Assembly (NCBI GenBank): GCA_964016885.1
Contig: OZ024744.1
Span: 127,100,001-127,164,000, forward strand
Length of the DNA stretch: 64,000 nt
From: Eledone cirrhosa
Lineage: Eukaryota
Reading direction: 5' to 3'
The notes under the pieces are model-generated. The model saw nothing but the letters and a program-made list of their open reading frames with translations, made no database searches and had not been told where the DNA came from. Shown piece after piece: positions 60,410 through 64,000 of this stretch (positions are counted from its first letter, which is position 1; the number at the start of each line of letters is the position of its first letter). The position numbers and the translations under genes are program-made.

Positions 60410-63400
60410 AGTTGGGGCTGAGTTAAGTTGGGGTTAAGTTAAGTTGGGGTTGAGTTAAGTTGGGGTTGAGTTAAGTTGGGGTTATGTTAAGTTAGGGTTG
60501 AGTTAAGTTGGGGTTGAGTTAAGTTGGGGTTGAGTTAAGTTGGGGTTAAGTTAAGTTGGCGTTAAGTTAAGTTGGGGTTAAGTTAAGTTGGGGTTAAGTT
60601 AATTTGCGGTTAAGTTAGGTTGTGGGTTAAGTTAAGTTGGGGTTAAGTTAAGCTGGGGTTAAGTTGGGGTAAGTTAAGTTGGGGTTAAGTTAAGTTGGGG
60701 TTAAGTTAAGTTGGGGTTAAGTTAAGTTGGGGGTAAGTTAAGTTGGGGGCAAGTTAAGTTGGGGTTAAGTTAAGTTGGGGTTAAGTTGGGGTTAAGTTAA
60801 GTTGGGGTTAAGTTAAGTTGGGGTTAAGTTAAGTTAGGGTTAATTTCAGTTGGGGTTATGTTAAGTTGGGGATAAGTTAAGTTGGGGTTAAGTTAAAGTT
60901 GGGGTTAAGTTAAGTTGGGGTTAAGTTAAGTTAGGGTTAATTTCAGTTGGGGTTATGTTAAGTTGGGGTTAAGTTAAGTTGGGGTTAAGTTAAGTTGGAG
61001 GTAAGTTAAGTGGGGTGTAAGTTAAGTTGGGGTTAAGTTAAGTTGGGGTTCAGTTCAGTTGGGGTTATGTTAAGTTGGGGTTAAGTTAAGCTGGGGGTAA
61101 GTTAAGTTGGGTGTAAGTTAAGTTGGGGTTAAGTTAAGTTGGGGTTAAGTTAAGTTGGGGGTTAGTTAAGTTGGGGGCAAGTTAAGTTGGGGTTAATTTA
61201 AGTTGGGGTTAAGTTAAGTTGGGGTTATGTTAAGTTGGGGTTAAGTTAAGTTGGGGTTAAGTTAAGTTGGGGGTAAGTTAAGTTGGGGTTAAGTTAAGTT
61301 GGGGGTAAGTTAAGTTGAGGGTAAGTTAAGTTGGGGTTAAGTTAAGTTGGGGTTAAGTTAAGTTGGGGTTAAGTTAAGTTGGGGTTGAGTTAAGTTGGGG
61401 TTGAGTTAAGTTGGGGTTAAGTTAAGTGGGGTTAAGTTAAGTTGGGGTTAAGTTAAGTTGGGGGTAAGTTAAGTTGGGGTTAAGTTAATTTGCGGTTAAG
61501 TTAGGTTGTGGGTTAAGTTAAGTTGGGGTTAAGTTAAGCTGGGGTTAAGTTGGGGTAAGTTAAGTTGGGGTTAAGTTAAGTTGGGGTTAAGTTAAGTTGG
61601 GGTTAAATTAAGTTGGGGTTAAGTTAAGTTGGGGTTATGTTAAGTTGGGGTTAAGTTAAGTTGCGGTTAAGTTAAGTTGGGGTTAAGTTAAGTTGGGGTT
61701 AAGTTAAGTTGGGGTTAAGTTAAGTTGGAGTTAAGTTAAGTTGGGGTTAACTTAAGTTGGGGTTAAGTTGGGGTTAAGTTAAGTTGGGGTTAAGTTAAGT
61801 TGGGGGTTAGTTAAGTTGGGGGCAAGTTAAGTTGGGGTTAATTTAAGTTGGGGTTAAGTTAAGTTGGGGTTATGCTAAGTTGGGGTTAAGTTAAGTTGGG
61901 GTTAAGTTAAGTTGGGGGTAAGTTAAGTTGGGGTTAAGTTAAGTTGGGGGTAAGTTAAGTTGGGGGTAAGTTAAGTTGAGGGTAAGTTAAGTTGGGGTTA
62001 AGTTAAGTTGGGGTTAAATTGAGTTGGGGGTAAGTTAAGTTGGGGGTAAGTTAAGTTGGGGTTAAGTTAAGTTGGGGTTAAGTTAAGTTGGGGTTAAGTT
62101 AAGGTGGGGGTAAGTTAAGTTGGGGTTAAGTTAATTTGCGGTTAAGTTAGGTTGTGGGTTAAGTTAAGTTGGGGTTAAGTTAAGCTGGGGTTAAGTTGGG
62201 GTAAGTTAAGTTGGGGTTAAGTTGAGTTGGGGTTAAGTTAAGTTGGTGTTAAGTTAAGTTGGGGGTAAGTTAAGTTGGGGTTAAGTTAAGTTGGGGTTAA
62301 GTTAAGTTGGGGGTAAGATAAGTTGGGGCTAAGTTAAGTTGGGGCTAAGTCAAGTTGGGGTTAAGTCAAGTTGAGGTTAACTTAAGTTGGGGTTAAGTTA
62401 AGTTGGGGTTAAGTTAAGTTGGGGTTAAGGTAAGTTGGGGTTAAGTTAAGTTGGGGCTAAGTTAAGTTGGGGCTAAGTTAAGTTGGGGCTGAGTTAAGTT
62501 GGGGTTAAGTTGGGTTTGAGTTAATTTGGGGTTAAGTTAAGTTGGGATTAAGTTAAGTTGGGGTTAAGTTAAGTTCGGGTTGAGTTAAGTTGGGGTTAAG
62601 TTAAGTTGGGGTTAATTTAAGTTGGGGTTAAGTTAAGTTGGGGTTAAGATAAGTTGGGGTTAAGTTAAGTTGGGGTTAAGTTAAGTTGGGGTTGAGTTAA
62701 TTTGGGGTTAAGTTAAGTTGGGGTTAACTTAAGTTTGGGTTAAGTTAAGTTGGGGTTAAATTAAGTTGGGGGTAAGTTAAGTTGGGTGCAAGTTGAGTTG
62801 GGGTTAAGTTAAGTTGGGGTTAAGTTAAGGTGGGGGTAAGTTAAGTTGGGGGTAAGTTAAGTTGGGGTTAAGTTAAGTTGGGGTTAAGTTAAGTTGGGTT
62901 TAAGTTAAGTTGGGGCTAAGTTAAGTTGGGGCTAAGTTAAGTTGGGGTTAAGTTAAGTTGGGGGTAGGTTAAGTTGGGGTTAAGTTAAGCTGGGGTTAAG
63001 TTGGGGTAAGTTAAGTTGGGGGTAAGTTAAGTTGGGGTTAAGTTATGTTGGGGTTAAGTTAAGTTGGGGTTAAGTTAAGTTGGGGTTAAGTTAAGTTGGG
63101 GTTAAGTTAAGTTGGGGTTAAGTTAAGTTGGGGTTAAGTTAAGTTGGGGGTTAGTTAAGTTGGGGGCAAGTTAAGTTGGGGTTAATTTAAGTTGGGGTTA
63201 AGTTAAGTTGGGGTTATGTTAAGTTGGGGTTAAGTTAAGTTGGGGTTAAGTTAAGTTGGGGGTAAGTTAAGTTGGGGTTAAGTTAAGTTGGGGGTAAGTT
63301 AAGTTGAGGGTAAGTTAAGTTGGGGTTAAGTTAAGTTGGGGTTAAATTAAGTTGGGGGTAAGTTAAATTGGGGGTAAGTTAAGTTGGGGTTAAGTTAAGT

Positions 63401-64000
63401 TGGGGTTAAGTTAAGTTGAGGTTAAGTTAAGTTGGGGTTAAGTTAAATTGGGGTTAATTTAAGTTGGGGGTAAGATAAGTTGGGGCTAAGTTAAGTTGGG
63501 GCTAAGTCAAGTTGGGGTTAAGTCAAGTTGAGGTTAACTTAAGTTGGGGTTATGTTAAGTTGGGGTTAAGTTGGGGCTAAGTTAAGTTGGGGCTGAGTTA
63601 AGTTGGGGTTAAGTTAAGTTGGGGTTGAGTTAAGTTGGGGTTAAGTTAAGTTGGGATTAAGTTAAGTTGGGGTTAAGTTAAGTTCGGCTTGAGTTAAGTT
63701 GGGGTTAAGTTAAGTTGGGGTTAATTTATTGTTGGGGTTAAGTTAAGTTGGGGTTAAGATAAGTTGGGGTTAAGTTAAGTTGGGGTTAAGTTAAGTTGGG
63801 GTTGAGTTAATTTGGGGTTAAGTTAAGTTGGGGTTAACTTAAGTTGGGGTTAAGTTGGGGTTAAGTTAAGTTGGGATTAAGTTAAGTTGGGGGTAGGTTA
63901 AGTTGGGGGCAAGTTAAGTTGGGTTTAAGTTAAGTTGGGGCTAAGTTAAGTTGGGGCTAAGTTAAGTTGGGGCTGAGTTAAGTTGGGGTTAAGTTAAGTT
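60410..64000 (+). repeat. Copy of ~49850-53440 (super-period 10,562 bp), including the type B junction
   Basis: Offset 10,562 for GGCG (49996/60558), the junction GTAAG (50759/61321), TTGGTG (51681/62243), GGTGCAAG (52227/62789) and TTAATTTATT (53159/63721). Confidence 0.9.

Larger units (their letters stand above)
1..64000 (+). repeat. Tandem satellite array, 16-bp monomer (TTAAGTTAAGTTGGGG)n, about 4,000 copies, running off both window edges
   Basis: Direct reading: GTTAA-GTTAA-GTTGGG repeats from base 1 to 64000 in the same orientation, with point variants and occasional 10, 11, 15 and 17-bp monomers. The consensus has 6 G, 6 T, 4 A and no C on the + strand. Confidence 0.99.

Noticed and set aside
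1-64000. Protein-coding ORFs on either strand
   Set aside because: Each monomer has two TTAA motifs, giving TAA on both strands, and the 16-bp period cycles through frames. All six frames are stopped every few dozen bases.
1-64000. CRISPR array
   Set aside because: There are no unique spacers, the repeats are directly adjacent, and no cas genes or leader are present.
1-64000. Canonical telomerase-synthesised telomere (TTAGGG, TTAGG or TTGGGG)n
   Set aside because: TTAGGG and TTAGG occur only as scattered variants, TTGGGG is not tandem, and kb-scale ordered variants point to duplication rather than de novo synthesis.
1-64000. piggyBac-type insertions or other mobile elements at the many TTAA sites
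   Set aside because: No non-repeat sequence, terminal inverted repeats or orientation switch was seen.
1-64000. Pure sequencing artefact or synthetic low-complexity sequence
   Set aside because: Variants recur in conserved, nested order with graded divergence, which random error would not produce. Copy number of the largest exact duplications could still be misassembled.
1-64000. Variant monomers as an information-bearing code or nucleosome-phasing signal
   Set aside because: Duplication history explains the patterns, and I saw no consistent ~150-200 bp variant periodicity.

Overview
The whole 64 kb is one uninterrupted, single-orientation tandem array of a 16-bp monomer, consensus TTAAG-TTAAG-TTGGGG (minus strand CCCCAACTTAACTTAA), roughly 4,000 copies. 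I found no ORF, RNA gene, mobile element, CRISPR spacer or unique sequence. The monomer looks telomere-like (G-rich, almost C-free + strand; TTGGGG block; 5-mer + 11-mer build). Its variant monomers are not random and recur in fixed order, giving a nested higher-order repeat (HOR) structure: about 60 copies of a ~75-bp variant cassette, 1.2-1.7 kb sub-modules, a ~7.1 kb HOR, two independently derived ~3.4-3.5 kb truncated HORs, a ~10.56 kb super-period, and long duplications at offsets 25,371, 15,946 and ~22,500. The best reading is a eukaryotic satellite (subtelomeric, centromeric or telomere-derived) maintained by recombination rather than by telomerase. Organism and chromosomal position cannot be determined from this window. 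Offsets were measured by eye from rare marker variants, not by alignment, so boundaries are approximate.
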